Below are positions 40,695 to 53,699 of a stretch of 64,000 bases of DNA, in pieces (the stretch's first letter is position 1; each line of letters begins with the position of its first letter). Source of the DNA: Octopus vulgaris (taxonomy: Eukaryota); the NCBI GenBank assembly GCA_951406725.2, contig OX597823.1:73718001-73782000 (forward strand). The letters run 5' to 3'. The translations under genes and the position numbers were made by a program. A model generated the notes under the pieces. It saw nothing but the letters and a program-made list of their open reading frames with translations, was not told the DNA's origin and ran no database searches.

Positions 40695-41251
40695 CCTAAC
40701 TCTAACCCTAAACCAAACCCTAACCCTAACCCCACAATACATTAAAAAAAAAAATTTACGGAAAGTGACGATCTTCTTCTTCAAATGTAAACAAATAGAC
40801 GTGATGTAAACGGTACTCATATCGAAAGAATGCCATTAGTCTACTGATTAAATTTGATTCCGGCCAGAAATTTACCGTTTTTGTTGATGACGTTGTTGCT
40901 ATTGCTCTTTTTGTACTTTACCCAGTAGTAGAACAATACTTCATGAGTCTGTTTTTGTTTTTTCAGATGGTAAAGAAGTGATTTGAGAGTGACCTAGCTG
41001 CTATTTCTAGCAGTTGGAAGCTCCCTCGTTAGTTCGTAATTACATAGTCATTTGGAACCTTCAGTTGATGTGATTAATTACTGTAATCATTTAAATTGCA
41101 TGCTGTGTTAATAAAGACTCTTTGGCGCCTGTTGGATCGTTAACACACGATCACTTCATTACTTCTAAAGATGACCGCTGATAAATAACATTTTGTAATT
41201 ATATCGAAATATTCTCATCAGATAAATTATCTGTTTGCTATTTGTTTTTCG

Positions 41252-41280
41252 CGTTGTTGTTGTTGTTGTTGTTGTTGTTC

Positions 41281-41324
<44 letters not shown>

Positions 41325-41390
41325 CTTCTTCTTCTTCTTCTTCTTCTTCTTCTTCTTCTTCTTCTTCTTCTTCTTCTTCTTCTTCTTCTT
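41252..41390. repeat. (GTT)n-(CTT)n compound microsatellite
   Basis: Seen directly. Confidence 0.95.
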
Positions 41391-41602
41391 CACCTCACTT
41401 CTCTCCTATATTTAGCGATATAACAGAATTATAATTCTTTCGTTTCTGTAATTTGGTTTGTAAATTGCGTTGTATCTTAGGAGGGTCATTAGGCCAATAG
41501 TAAATACACGCACTGGTTCTATTTCATTTCTTTTATTACTATTAGTCAAGTAGTTAACCATTTAACCAATTAGTAAATCGATTGTTTGATTAATCGTCCG
41601 GT

Positions 41603-41636
<34 letters not shown>

Positions 41637-41894
41637 GTCAGTCAGTCAATCAATCAATTCATCAATCAGCTAGGTTTGTCCAAGCCCTTTCGTTACCGTT
41701 CGTGACCTCCTCAGTGACATATGCTCTCTGCTCTAGATCTGTCTGATGCCTAGTTTATATATTTCACTTTATTTGTGGGTGAGAATCTCTGTGTGTGTGT
41801 GAATGTGTGTGTGCGTGCGTCTGTGTGTGTGCGTATGAATATATGTATGCACATACATATGCACATGTACGTATGTATATATATATACATACAT

Positions 41895-41951
<57 letters not shown>

Positions 41952-41982
41952 TATATATATATATATGAGACCAAAGTGTACG

Positions 41983-42015
<33 letters not shown>

Positions 42016-42973
42016 ATGTGTGTGTGTGTTTGTATGTGTGTGTGTATGTGTATGTGTGTGTGTGTGTGTTTCTGTGGTTCTTTGTCCCCCCATCACCGTT
42101 TGACAACCGGTATTGGTGTGTTTACGTCCCCCGTAACTTAGCGGCTCGGCATAAGTGACCGATAGAATAAGTACCAAGCTTAAAAAATATGCACTGGGGT
42201 CGATTCATTCAACTAAAATTTCAAGGCGGTGCCCCACCATCGTCGCAGCCCTTCTAGTTAGATTACCAACCAAGGTTAAAGAGCTTCTACCTGCCCATGA
42301 GGTAAACTATCCCGTTCCAGACACCAAACCGCTTTTAGAGTAAGTTACAAGTGCATTTTTAGGTTTTTTGCCAACCAACCAACCAATTCAATGATTTTAC
42401 TAAGATTTGGTGTACAAGAAGTACCTATGCAGATGAATAATTTTCAATGGGTTTAGCTTGTACGGCACCATCCCAACATATTGGCCCAAGAAAACTTTTG
42501 CCGGTGTGACAATACTAGGGTCATAATTATGGGTGACAATTTCATATGACACTGCTAGAAAAAACTGCCGGTCAAACCGAAAAGATCCCAGTTGGTTTGG
42601 TATATAAACCAAAATTAACAACCAGGTTTTATTTTGAAGATTTTCTTCTGCTCGGTTTGTTACCAACGAAGGTTAAAGAGTTTCTACCTGCCTATGAGGC
42701 AAGCTGCCCCGTTCTAGACACCAAACCGACACCCAAATGCTCTATAAAGTGACCAAATATCAATCCGGTGTCCGACTCATAGTAGCTCATTCATAAAAAA
42801 AAAAAAAGTAAGTCATGCGATCTGTTGTGTCTGGGGAAAGTCGTTTTCTTTTTGTGCCTTATAATTTAACACACTCACCGGTAAAATTTCCACTTATTCC
42901 TTATTTTTATTTTCCTAAAATTTTCGTTGCATCATTACCCACTGACTTATGGAGTCTTGGACGACTCACGTAT

Positions 42974-43033
<60 letters not shown>

Positions 43034-44080
43034 GGAAGTTCTGTACATTATTTATTGTTTGTTGTTACCACAAATAAGATGAGGACAGATATCCGTCTAA
43101 TGTAAATAATTTTTATAGGGAAAATACTGAGAAAAGGTTGAAAATGTGTTAAATATTTTTATATATTTATAAATATATTTGCATTTATAAATATATTTTT
43201 TAACACAAGGAAAAATTTATCGTATTCTGTGTATTTATATGTATGAAATTAATGCAAAAATATGTTTTCACAGAATAAATGTGTTTACATAATAGTTTAA
43301 CTAAAATATATATTAGTAACAGTATTCATAAGGTAAGTTTGATATATATAACGAAAGTCGGAAAGAGAGAGAGAGGATCACATGTTCGAGTTTTTATAAA
43401 GTGATCAACTTGCTGGGGCTGCCTGCTGGAGTCTAGCAGCAGGTATTTAAAGGGAAATTTGGCAAGACAGTCGCCCGCTGACACTCGTTGACGCTATATC
43501 GAAGATACTAGGGAACAGAAGAAAGGAGAAAGAAGACATGCACCCAACACCAGAGCTGAAGACATCTCCGAAAGGAAGGGGGCGCTACGTCAAAACGGTA
43601 GAGGAGTAGGGGCCGAAACCGGACGTCGTTCCTCCTGATGATGTCTTGAGCTAACTGGATCCTATAAAGGAGCTGTTGCAGTAGCAGACCACGAAACACG
43701 GTTGAAATTCCTGTATTTCTCTGTGTTGCGGCTAAAAGAGATTTTGTAATAGAAGAAAAAAAAAAAAAAAGAAGAAAATAATCATATTTAACTAAGTAGG
43801 ATCCGGTTCACGCTGATCTTCAGCTATTAAAACTTTGGGTAATTTTTCCTGATTAAAAAACTTATATGGATTAATGAATAATAATATATTATTTGAATAA
43901 TTGCCATACAGAATAAAAAGAAGCGCGGATAAGAATCGATTTTTTTTTATTATTTATGAATAGCCTTTTAAAGAGAATGATGTTGAAAACTATTTTCTTT
44001 TATTTATTGTTTACTCTCGTGTTTTATTTTCAGATCACTCCCTAGATACCCGGCGAAGAATAAAACTGGCGAAAATAATT

Positions 44081-45853
44081 ATGTACCTTATGAAAGAAAA
44101 TGACACACAGCGAATGAAAAAGTTTCTTAGCAGATATACCAAAAAACAAAGACAGGATATCGTTTCAACAAAACTAAACGGTTCTACTATTTTGTTTAAT
44201 GCTTCCAATTCAGGAAATTTCGAACAAGTGTGTTATTTAATTCAAGACTGTAATGCTGATGTGGAACAGAGAGGAAAATATGGCCGGATAAAATGTACTC
44301 CATTGTGGATTGCAATCCGGCGCAACCATTTCTCAATTGTAATAATGCTTGTAGACTATGGTGCTGATGTAAACACCCACGCCAATGGTGGTCGGAGCGC
44401 TCTTAGCATTGGTTGCAAAAATGTAAAGATTGCTAATTTTTTGTTACGTCGAGGTGCTGATGTTAATTCGATCGACGAACTAGATCGATCATGTTTAATG
44501 TATTCATCGTACCATTTGAATATGTGCTGCTTGCTTTTATCGTATGGTGCTAATATAAGTCAGACAGACATGAGCAGCCGGAGTTCACTTCACTTTGCTG
44601 TCAAAAGGGGTCATTTGAAAATCGTTGAACTCTTTGTCGTCAACGGTGCTGATTTACATCTCGAAGACGTCCAAGGAAACACACCACTACAATTAGCTTC
44701 TTTAAAATGTCGTATGGCCATTACTGAATATCTTATACAGACAAACGATTACTCACCAGAGCATGTGGCCTGTGCTTACGAGCTTCTCGGTAGCCAACTT
44801 CTGATTGTAAGACACAACTACCAACGAGCTATCGATTTCTGGTCGAAGGCTCTGCAATTACGCCAGTCTTATCCGAATGGCATTCTAAAAAAAAACATGC
44901 ATCCGGATCATGCAAACACGATGGGCATTCTTGGAACTGAATTTGAAACTCTAAGTGATCTTGTAAAAATTTCTCAGAGTTTAAATGATATGTGGACACA
45001 ATCATTACTTGTCCAATTCAGGATCCTTGGACCTATGCATTCTACAACGATAAACTCGTTCATTTTAAAAGCGTACGACTTTATAAACCGACAAGATATC
45101 AGCTTGGGAGTGAATTTACTGACTTGTATATTTTATTTTTTCCGATATTATAATAATCCTTTTAAAGAGGTCATTTTCAACGTGATTGAAACTTTCAGTT
45201 CTTTGTTTAAAATTCGAAACAAAAAAACTCATGATGTACATGTTTCTCATCTCCTCGCATTTTTCCGCTGTATCATCCATCATATAACCACCCGCGTGGC
45301 AGCCTTTCTTCAAAAAATTAAAATTAAATGCAATAAATATAACTCTACAGATGTTGAACGATATCTTGTCGAAACGTTACGATTCACAGATTACATCATG
45401 GATTTCGATTTAACGGCAAATCAGTTGCTGAACTTGAAGAAGTTACTATACAACCTTATTAACCAACAACTTCGAGGCATGGGTCAAACAAATATGTTGC
45501 ATCTCTCAATCCGTATGACTTCTTCGACGCGTCTCCTGGCCATTCTCATTGAATGTGGCGAAAATGTCGACGCGACTGATGACAGAGGTAACACGGCTAT
45601 ACATTATGTGATGGAACATCACGATTTCTTTCAGAACAGTTTCCTCAGGTGCTTAATCAATTATGGATGTCATGTAGACATGGTGAACAACGAAGGGCAC
45701 TGCACGCTAGAGTACTTGCAGCATTTATTACCTTATCCACTTCAGCACATGAAACTCCAGTGCTTTGCAGCAAGAGTGATAAGACGAAATACTATCCCGT
45801 ATCAACATTATGTTCCCAGCCACCTGGAAGAGTTCATCGCTTGTCACGGTTGA
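44081..45853 (+). CDS. fem1: Protein fem-1 homolog-like (ankyrin repeats + TPR region + C-terminal ankyrin), 590 aa
   Basis: N-terminal ankyrin repeats (TPLWIAI, SSLHFAV, TPLQLAS), AYELLG..AIDFWSKALQLR TPR-like segment, LGPMHSTT, C-terminal LQCFAARVI..Y..VPSHLEEFIACH typical of FEM1. The frame is open back to an acceptor at 44033, so the true start may lie in an upstream exon. Confidence 0.85.
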   Translation: MYLMKENDTQRMKKFLSRYTKKQRQDIVSTKLNGSTILFNASNSGNFEQVCYLIQDCNADVEQRGKYGRIKCTPLWIAIRRNHFSIVIMLVDYGADVNTHANGGRSALSIGCKNVKIANFLLRRGADVNSIDELDRSCLMYSSYHLNMCCLLLSYGANISQTDMSSRSSLHFAVKRGHLKIVELFVVNGADLHLEDVQGNTPLQLASLKCRMAITEYLIQTNDYSPEHVACAYELLGSQLLIVRHNYQRAIDFWSKALQLRQSYPNGILKKNMHPDHANTMGILGTEFETLSDLVKISQSLNDMWTQSLLVQFRILGPMHSTTINSFILKAYDFINRQDISLGVNLLTCIFYFFRYYNNPFKEVIFNVIETFSSLFKIRNKKTHDVHVSHLLAFFRCIIHHITTRVAAFLQKIKIKCNKYNSTDVERYLVETLRFTDYIMDFDLTANQLLNLKKLLYNLINQQLRGMGQTNMLHLSIRMTSSTRLLAILIECGENVDATDDRGNTAIHYVMEHHDFFQNSFLRCLINYGCHVDMVNNEGHCTLEYLQHLLPYPLQHMKLQCFAARVIRRNTIPYQHYVPSHLEEFIACHG

Positions 45854-45929
45854 TTTATTAATTGTAGAATTAACAACAGCACTAATACTAATATAATAAT
45901 AATAACAATAATAATAATAATAATTATGT

Positions 45930-48700
45930 TTTTTTATTTGTCAATAGGGCCACAAATTATTGGGCATTATAAGGACAAATTACAAAACTGTTGTGATTTA
46001 AGCAGAATCAATTAAAGAACAAAAGTTAATTATAGAAGAAAAAAAAAGAGGGGTTAAGTAGACCATTCTAATGGAGGACGGTCAGTTCAGGTCAGATACG
46101 ACCCCTCAGATGTCATATTACTCTTATTGGCAGGGGCAAGTTTTCTTTCCTGGCTGTATTTTCCGATTCACTTGGGCCATACTTACCACTCTCAGTCAGC
46201 TTTCAGAGAATGTTAAGAGGGCAACAGCTCCTTCTCCACCCTCGCCTCTCTCTCTAAATGGATCTTGAAGAAGTTGAGAAGGAATGTGTTAGTCCTCAAC
46301 CCTTTTCAGTATTGTCCATCATACAGTCTTTATCTCTTCAGCTACCAAACAGAATATATGCCGACTGGCCTTTCCAGCCGAAAAGCGAATAAGACCCAGC
46401 TTTATACGAAACAACTACTGTTCGACGAAATACCATAAAAATCAGCAATGTTCGCACACAAGATAAATATGTGCAGAACAGATTTGTCTCTTTTTGTGCA
46501 TCTGAGACAAGCTGGCGACCCATCTATATCTGCAAGATTTATACCGAACAGGCCACACCAGGCTAGGATTTTCTCGAAGTTGTTCATTGTTCCTGCGCTG
46601 AAAGTCTTCTAGAATAGACCTCACACTTCATCTTCGACGTCCAAAACCTCCCCAAGAGCGTCTTCTTCCATGCTCATCACTAACCTTTATAGAACGCAAG
46701 GCGTCCACCAATTGCATTGCCTGACTGGTAGTGGACTGTGATCGTCTGATGAAACTGAAGCCAGGTGCCCAAACTTGCTCTACATTTAACTCAGAACTGT
46801 GCTTTCGTCTTGAACACAAACTGTGAGAAAAGGTACTCGGCAAACGGCGATCGTACCTACACGTCGTCAATGGATTTTTGCTAATATCAAAATCTCAGCG
46901 TACATGCTTTTGGATCATCATCTACGGCATACCGATCCATGGGTATTGGTACTAGCTGGACATTCTGGTATCTCTTTCAAGAAGTAAAGGAGCTGTCGCT
47001 TTAATCTGGTCAGAAGCAAACTGGAGTAAAGTAAGACAAATGTCAAAATACATAGGGGAAGTGTAGGTATTCGCAATATTTTCCATATCTTTTTGGGTTG
47101 GCTACTACGATTATAACCCCATTCCAGCACCAATCCACCTGGAAGTTTGGGAAGTTTCAGATCATAACCACTTTAAGGTAAGTTTGTTCAGCGAAAGGTT
47201 ACATCATCGCCACTGGTTGGCACAGACTTGCTTTTGAAGTGGCTGAGTTGCAAGCTAACTGACTGGTCAATGCTTGTTCTTATCCTCTCATATTTCTTCA
47301 GTGTGGTTCTGAATTCCTCAATTTTTTATGAGACCGATACTATGACGATAACGTCATCTTCGTAAGCTGATGCTGCACTGAAAAAAAATTGAGCGAGATG
47401 CCGCATAACACTGCTTTCTTGCACAGAAATAGTTTAAGAATCAAAGCACTCAAGAGCAGCGAACTAACAGATGTGTGTTTCAAAATGGTTCCCATATGAG
47501 GTTATGTATTCTGACCACCGTGCAGGTGCAGCTGTACATTGAAACGATCGATTGCACTCAGTACAGCTGCTAGGTAGAGACGACTGACCCATTCATACGA
47601 CTTATAGTATAAAGTAGTTTGCCATTCATAGATCTTCCCAAGATTGCACAGGTTAGTGAAGACTCGACAATATTAAGGATTACAGCTATCGATCTTTTCG
47701 AGAACACCTTGACTAAAATGTTAAACTCTGCATGCAGGCAGAGATATAGGTTTGAAATTAATATCGATATTTCGCTTGTTCTCATCCTTTTCCAGTTGCA
47801 TTCTATGACTAGGAATGCTGACAACTACGATAGCCATAAATATCTGCTACTACCGTAAAGAATAAGTATAGCAGTGTTCATAAATTTCATAGTGTAAACC
47901 ATCAAAACTCGTTGATTTGCCCCTCACAACCATGCGCTGCCAGTCGTATCTCAACTGCTTTCATCGGCTTTTCACAGCACTCCATTTCCTCTGGTGAGAG
48001 TCATAGTAGTAGGTGATGTATCTGTTGAAGGCTACTTTTGCCGATCCCTCAACTTCCCCCAAAGAAAAGAGGCAGGAGAAATCTCGATATATAATTGTAC
48101 ACACCTTCTCGGGGCAAATAGTATGCGTCCTCACTGTCTCTTGAATACTAGTTTGTAGATTGCTTGGTGCACCTTTGCCATCTGATTCATCGAACGTACT
48201 CCTTCGGCTTATAGCGCGTGTCTTAGCTAAGACAACGCAACGTTCGTACTTCGCATCAAAGAAAAGATTAAGTGCCATTTTCATCGCTTGCACAGTTGTT
48301 GCAAGATCATTTATAATCACTTATTCCAATCGGCTAAATGGATACCTCTATAATCAACGGTTACCTATGCCACGTCTTTGCTAAATTCTATTAATTCTAC
48401 TCTAATGGCTCCCTTCAAACATGTCTGCCACTGATTGTTAGAGATCGACCTGTTAACTTCGCTTTAATTATCTCACCAAGCTTTCTCAGCTTTCAGTTAG
48501 TGAGTTTCTGTCGATGTAATCTATCTTGGTTGGCACCCAGAACACAGACTGTGGTCTCTGCAGTCAATAAAAACATGTGGACTTCTTACGATATCCTTAT
48601 AGATGCGGTTTATTCAAGATTGTAATTGCAGATTCGGGAAATCCAGTTGGTACATGTGTTTACTGTTCAAAGACCAGTGAGGTTGAAGAGTTTGTCTGTG
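45930..48700 (-). mobile_element. Degenerate Tx1/L1-type LINE ORF2 relic
   Basis: Frameshifted minus-strand remnants in order: WQTCLKGAIRVELIEFSK, KSTSFDGLHYEIY (KSPGxDG-like), NFKPISL..EFNILVKVFSKR, SAYEDDV (YADD-like, ~47350-47375), CLRC..SVLHIFILC zinc knuckle. Confidence 0.78.
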
Positions 48701-48822
48701 TTGATGTTTATCTTCTAATTGTCGGTTTTGTTGTTGCTATTTATACTGTTATTGTTTTTGTTTTTTTTTTGTGCTGCTTTTGTTGTGATGGTGGCAGTTG
48801 ATTGTCTGGTGTGATCTCTAGC

Positions 48823-50432
48823 ATCGCGTCACTATTTCTGTTTTCGGAAAATTTGATGCGCGTCACTATTTCTGTTTCCGGAAAATTGGATGCGCGTCAC
48901 TATTTCAGTTTCCGGAAAATTTGATGCGCGTCACTATTTCTGTTTTTGGAAAATTGGATGCGCGTCACTATTTCTGTTTCCGGAAAATTTGATGCTCGTC
49001 ACTATTTCTGTTTCCGGAAAATTTGATGCGCGTCACTATTTCTGTTTCCGGAAAATTTGATGCGCGTCACTATTTCTGTTTCCGGAAAATTTGATGCGCG
49101 TCACTATTTCTGTTTCCGGAAAATTGGATGCGCGTCACTATTTCTGTTTTCGGAAAATTTGATGCGCGTCACTATTTCTGTTATCGGAAAATTGGATGCG
49201 CGTCACCCTTTCTGTTTCCGGAAAATTGGATGCGCGTCACTATTTCTGTTTTCGGAAAATTGGATGCGCGTCACTATTTCTGTTTCCGGAAAATTTGATG
49301 CTCGTCACTATTTCTGTTTCCGGAAAATTTGATGCGCGTCACTATTTCTGTTTCCGGAAAATTTGATGCTCGTCACTATTTCTGTTTTCGGAAAATTGGA
49401 TGCGCGTCACCCTTTCTGTTTCCGGAAAATTGGATGCGCGTCACTATTTCTGTTTTCGGAAAATTGGATGCGCGTCACTATTTCTGTTTCCGGAAAATTT
49501 GATGCTCGTCACTATTTCGGTTTTCGGAAAATTTGATGCGGTCACTATTTCTGTTTCCGGAAAATTGGATGCGCGTCACTATTTCTGTCACTATTTCTGT
49601 TTCCGGAAAATTGGATGCGCGTCACTATTTCTGTTTCCGGAAAATTGGATGCGCGTCACCCTTTCTGTTTCCGGAAAATTGGATGCGCGTCACTATTTCT
49701 GTTTTCGGAAAATTGGATGCGCGTCACTATTTCTGTTTTCGGAAAATTGGATGCGCGTCACTATTTCTGTTTTCGGAAAATTTGATGCGTGTCACTATTT
49801 CTGTTTCCGGAAAATTTGATGCATGTCACTATTTCTGTTTTCGGAAAATTTGATGCGTGTCACTATTTCTGTTTCCGGAAAATTGGATGCGCGTCACTAT
49901 TTCTGTTTCCGGAAAATTGGATGCGCGTCACTATTTCGGTTTCCGGAATATTGGATGCGCGTCACCCTTTCTGTTTCCGGAAAATTTGATGCGCGTCACT
50001 ATTTCGGTTTTCGGAAAATTGGATGTGCGTCACCCTTTCTGTTTCCGGAAAATTTGATGCTCGTCACTATTTCTGTTTCCGGAAAATTGGATGCGCGTCA
50101 CTATTTCTGTTTCCGGAATATTGGATGCGCGTCACCGTTTCTGTTTCCGGAAAATTTGATGCGCGTCACTATTTCTGTTTTCGGAAAATTGGATGCGCGT
50201 CACCCTTTCTGTTTCCGGAAAATTTGATGCTCGTCACTATTTCTGTTTCCGGAAAATTGGATGCGCGTCACTATTTCTGTTTTCGGAAAATTGGATGCGC
50301 GTCACTATTTCTGTTTTCGGAAAATTGGATGCGCGTCACTATTTCTGTTTCCGGAAAATTTGATGCTCGTCACTATTTCTGTTTCCGGAAAATTTGATAC
50401 GCGTCACTATTTCTGTTTCCGGAAAATTGGAT
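48823..50432. repeat. 34-bp minisatellite, about 47 copies
   Basis: Unit GATGCGCGTCACTATTTCTGTTTCCGGAAAATT(G/T), head to tail, no spacers. Confidence 0.97.
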
Positions 50433-52232
50433 GGTCGACAAATTTGGTTTCTTTCTTCTCCCTTCTAACGGCAAAAAGTTTTGTATCCTGTCTCTTTCTC
50501 TTTCGATAACTAATTGACGAGGACTGAGGAAAGTTGAAAGAAGCGGTTTGATGATATGTGTGGGCTTGTATTTTGTTTGTGTGTTTCCCCTCACCACCTC
50601 GTTTGACGTTAATCATTTCAAGTGTTTCGTTATTGGTTTAAGTGTCTGCCGATGTTAGTGTGATTTCTTTTGATTGTTAGTGTTGTGTTAGCGGCAGTGC
50701 AGATCTTTCTTGACCGTCCTTCAGCCACGGGTTGGTGTTGTCATATGGGTGGCACCTGTTCCTTCTACCTTACACCACAATGAGCTGGTGGTTGCTGTTT
50801 AATAGATAAGGCGGCGAGCTGGCAGAAACGTTAGCAAGCCGGGCGAAATGCTTACCGGTATTTCGTCTGCCGTTACGTTCCGAGTTCAAATTCCGCCGAG
50901 GTCGACTTTGACTTTCATCCTTTCGGGGTCGATTAAATAAGTACCAGTTACGCACTGGGATCGATATAATCGACTTAATCCGTTTGTCTGCCCTTGTTTG
51001 TCCCCTCTGTGTGTAGCCCCTTGTGGGCAGTAAAGAAATATGTTGCTGTTTAATAGTATTCGAGACAATGTTTTCATTTCCTCACTATATTGTAATTTAA
51101 ATTTTTATTTAATTAAGATTTCGCAGTTATCACCCCTTTGTCTTGGCTATATTTCCTTAACATTTAATCTGTGTTGTAAATTCAAATATATAAAGAGTGA
51201 GGTCCAATCAAATCCAGGGACTGAATGGCATCAAGATTCATATATTTGATATGCTTCTTGTGAAACTGCGCCTTTTATAACGGTGCTTTTCTTCCGTATG
51301 TTAGCTGAGCAACAATGCGGTGAATGGTGTTCTTATTGTTTGCATACATTCATGTAGTTTCTACTGAATCTACCGCTGGAACATTAGCAAAACGTTTTCT
51401 ATGTATAAGACGCAGATGTTTCTTACTTCGTTAAATTCTCTTATAAACACTAGGGACCTTTCAAATTAATGTATACTGTATCTCTCTACTATATGATTTG
51501 ATAATGTAATTGCTTAAGCATCTTCTATACTGGTGAATGTGTACAAAAATATTTTTAAAAAGATATTTGGAAAACTATGACAGCACATCCTTCATCAGCT
51601 ATCGACCAAAAGTCATCATAATTTTGACACTTTAGTGAGGATATTGTTCAGTTTGGCGGCGTCAGCAGGCAAAATGCTGCTGTGCTATAAATGAGCGAAT
51701 ATGAAGGACAGAATAAGACAAACACAAAACAAGACAGGTTCCCTAGACAGAACGGTAAAAAGGACGAGTTATGAGGGGAACGGGGTGGGGGGATATATAA
51801 AACCAAAGGAAAGTGATAGTAACGGACACACACACACATATTGTATTTCGGGACGGTCAACATCCGGTTTTCAATACAACGCACATTCACACACAAACAT
51901 GCACACCAAGAAAGATGTGTGTGTGTGTGTGCATGCTTACGTGCACGTGTGTATACGTGCATGCGCGTGTGTGTGCGTGTATGTGCACACGCGCGCGTGT
52001 TTAATGACACAGTAAATTCTGACTAGTCGAGGAGTGTGTGAATTATTACCATAAAGCGGAGACCAAATTTTGCGGTCCAACTGGTTGATATGTGGTAAAC
52101 TAAAACCCATAAATCAGTTTGCGAGGTTCGATGTGTATAGTAAGGTACTGTTATCAGTATAGCTCTCCAGTTTGTTTTCGTGGTAAACTGTGTATGCTCT
52201 GCGGTCAAATTGTCTTTCTGATATGTTGAGGC

Positions 52233-52474
52233 GGATCTTTTCACTTTGAACGGCAGATTTTAAAAATAATTTCTACGTAACTAAACACTTTTAAACCTCG
52301 TATACTGGTAGTGTGTTATATAAAACATCTTTTTCTCTTGGCTTTCTTGAGAAAATTCTGTAGTTTGTAAGCTATTTGTTGCTTAATTTCTTGCATTTCG
52401 GCAATTTCAACCAATCAATGACGTCTATTGAGGTGAATTCAATTAAAAATCTGCCGGTCAAAGTGAAAAGATCC
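52233..52474. mobile_element. Short Merlin-like MITE
   Basis: GGATCTTTTCACTTTGA..TCAAAGTGAAAAGATCC; TSD GTTGAGGC/GTTGAGGT. Confidence 0.78.
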
Positions 52475-52942
52475 GTTGAGGTCTGTGGTAAGTCATAACT
52501 ATGAAACAGGTGAATTATTTAGTGTACGTGAGTACATGAATGGTAATACAATGAAATATTGTAATAATATAATGATATAATATTATTTAATAGTATAACA
52601 TTACTATAATAAATAATAATCTAATAATGTACAAAGAGAATAATATAGCAATATTTTAAAGTAAAGTATACAAAATATGATTGGTAGAGCGATGAAAGAT
52701 GAAGTAAATTGATGATGGAGAAGTTCTTTTGTATAACATCGAAGGATCAGAACCTATCTCCTTCTGCCCACACCGACCATAATACGTAACAAAAAAATTA
52801 AAATTTGAAGACTACCAGTCCATATACAAAATGAAAGAGCAATTTAAAGAGAATCAACCTCTCTTGCACACAAATACGTATGTGTATTAAAACACACACA
52901 CACACGCACACACACTATACATCTACTAATTTTATAACGAAA

Positions 52943-53699
52943 CTAGCTTAAGGTGACGCGCTCTACGCACGGGTGAGGGTGTGGTTGTTACTTTCTGTAG
53001 CTTCCTTTCTGTTTCTTATCGCCTCTTTGTTTCTCTCTCCTTTCTCTCTCACTTTCCCACTATCTTACTCTTCCTTTCTCGTCGGACTCTCGATCGCTTT
53101 CTCTTATTCTCTATCTTTTTCTATCTCTCTACCATTTATAAAAAATTAGATTTCCTCACTTAAATTACGAATCCGCTTCCACTTTACCATGTTGAAAATT
53201 AGATTGAAATCGGGCAAAAGGTGTCCAATCTTAAAATAACTTAGCGGTTCGACAATCGAGATCGATAAAATAACTTAGCGGTTCGCCAAAGGTGATGGAT
53301 AAAATAACTTAGAGGTTCGACAAACGTGATCGATAAACTAACTTAGCGGCTCGCCAAACGTTTTCGATTAACAACTTAATGATTCGCCAAAGGAGATCGA
53401 TAAAATAACTAGCGGCTCGCCAAACGTGATCGATAAATAATTTAGCGGTTCACCAAGCGTGATCGATAAAATAACTTAGCGGTTCGCCAAAGAAGATCGA
53501 TAAAATAACTTAGCGGTTCGCCAAAGAAGATCGATAAAATTACTTAGCGGTTCGTCAATCGAGTTCGACAAAATAACTTAGCGGTTCGCCAAACGTGATC
53601 GATAAAATTACTTAGCGGTTCGCCAAAGGAGATCGATAAAATAACTTTGAGATCGATAACTTTGTATCAACGTTTGCCTTCTTCATTTTATAGATTAGA
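52943..53699 (-). mobile_element. Non-autonomous Helitron carrying a minisatellite
   Basis: Minus strand begins A|TCTAATCTATAAAA and ends with an imperfect GC hairpin plus CTAG|T. Confidence 0.55.
53234..53660. repeat. ~34-bp minisatellite, about 12 copies
   Basis: Unit approximately TAAAATAACTTAGCGGTTCGCCAAAGAAGATCGA. Confidence 0.92.

Noticed and set aside
48823-50432. CRISPR-like array and overlapping ORFs
   Set aside because: Units are contiguous with no unique spacers, no cas genes, eukaryotic context; the ORFs are artefacts of the repeat.
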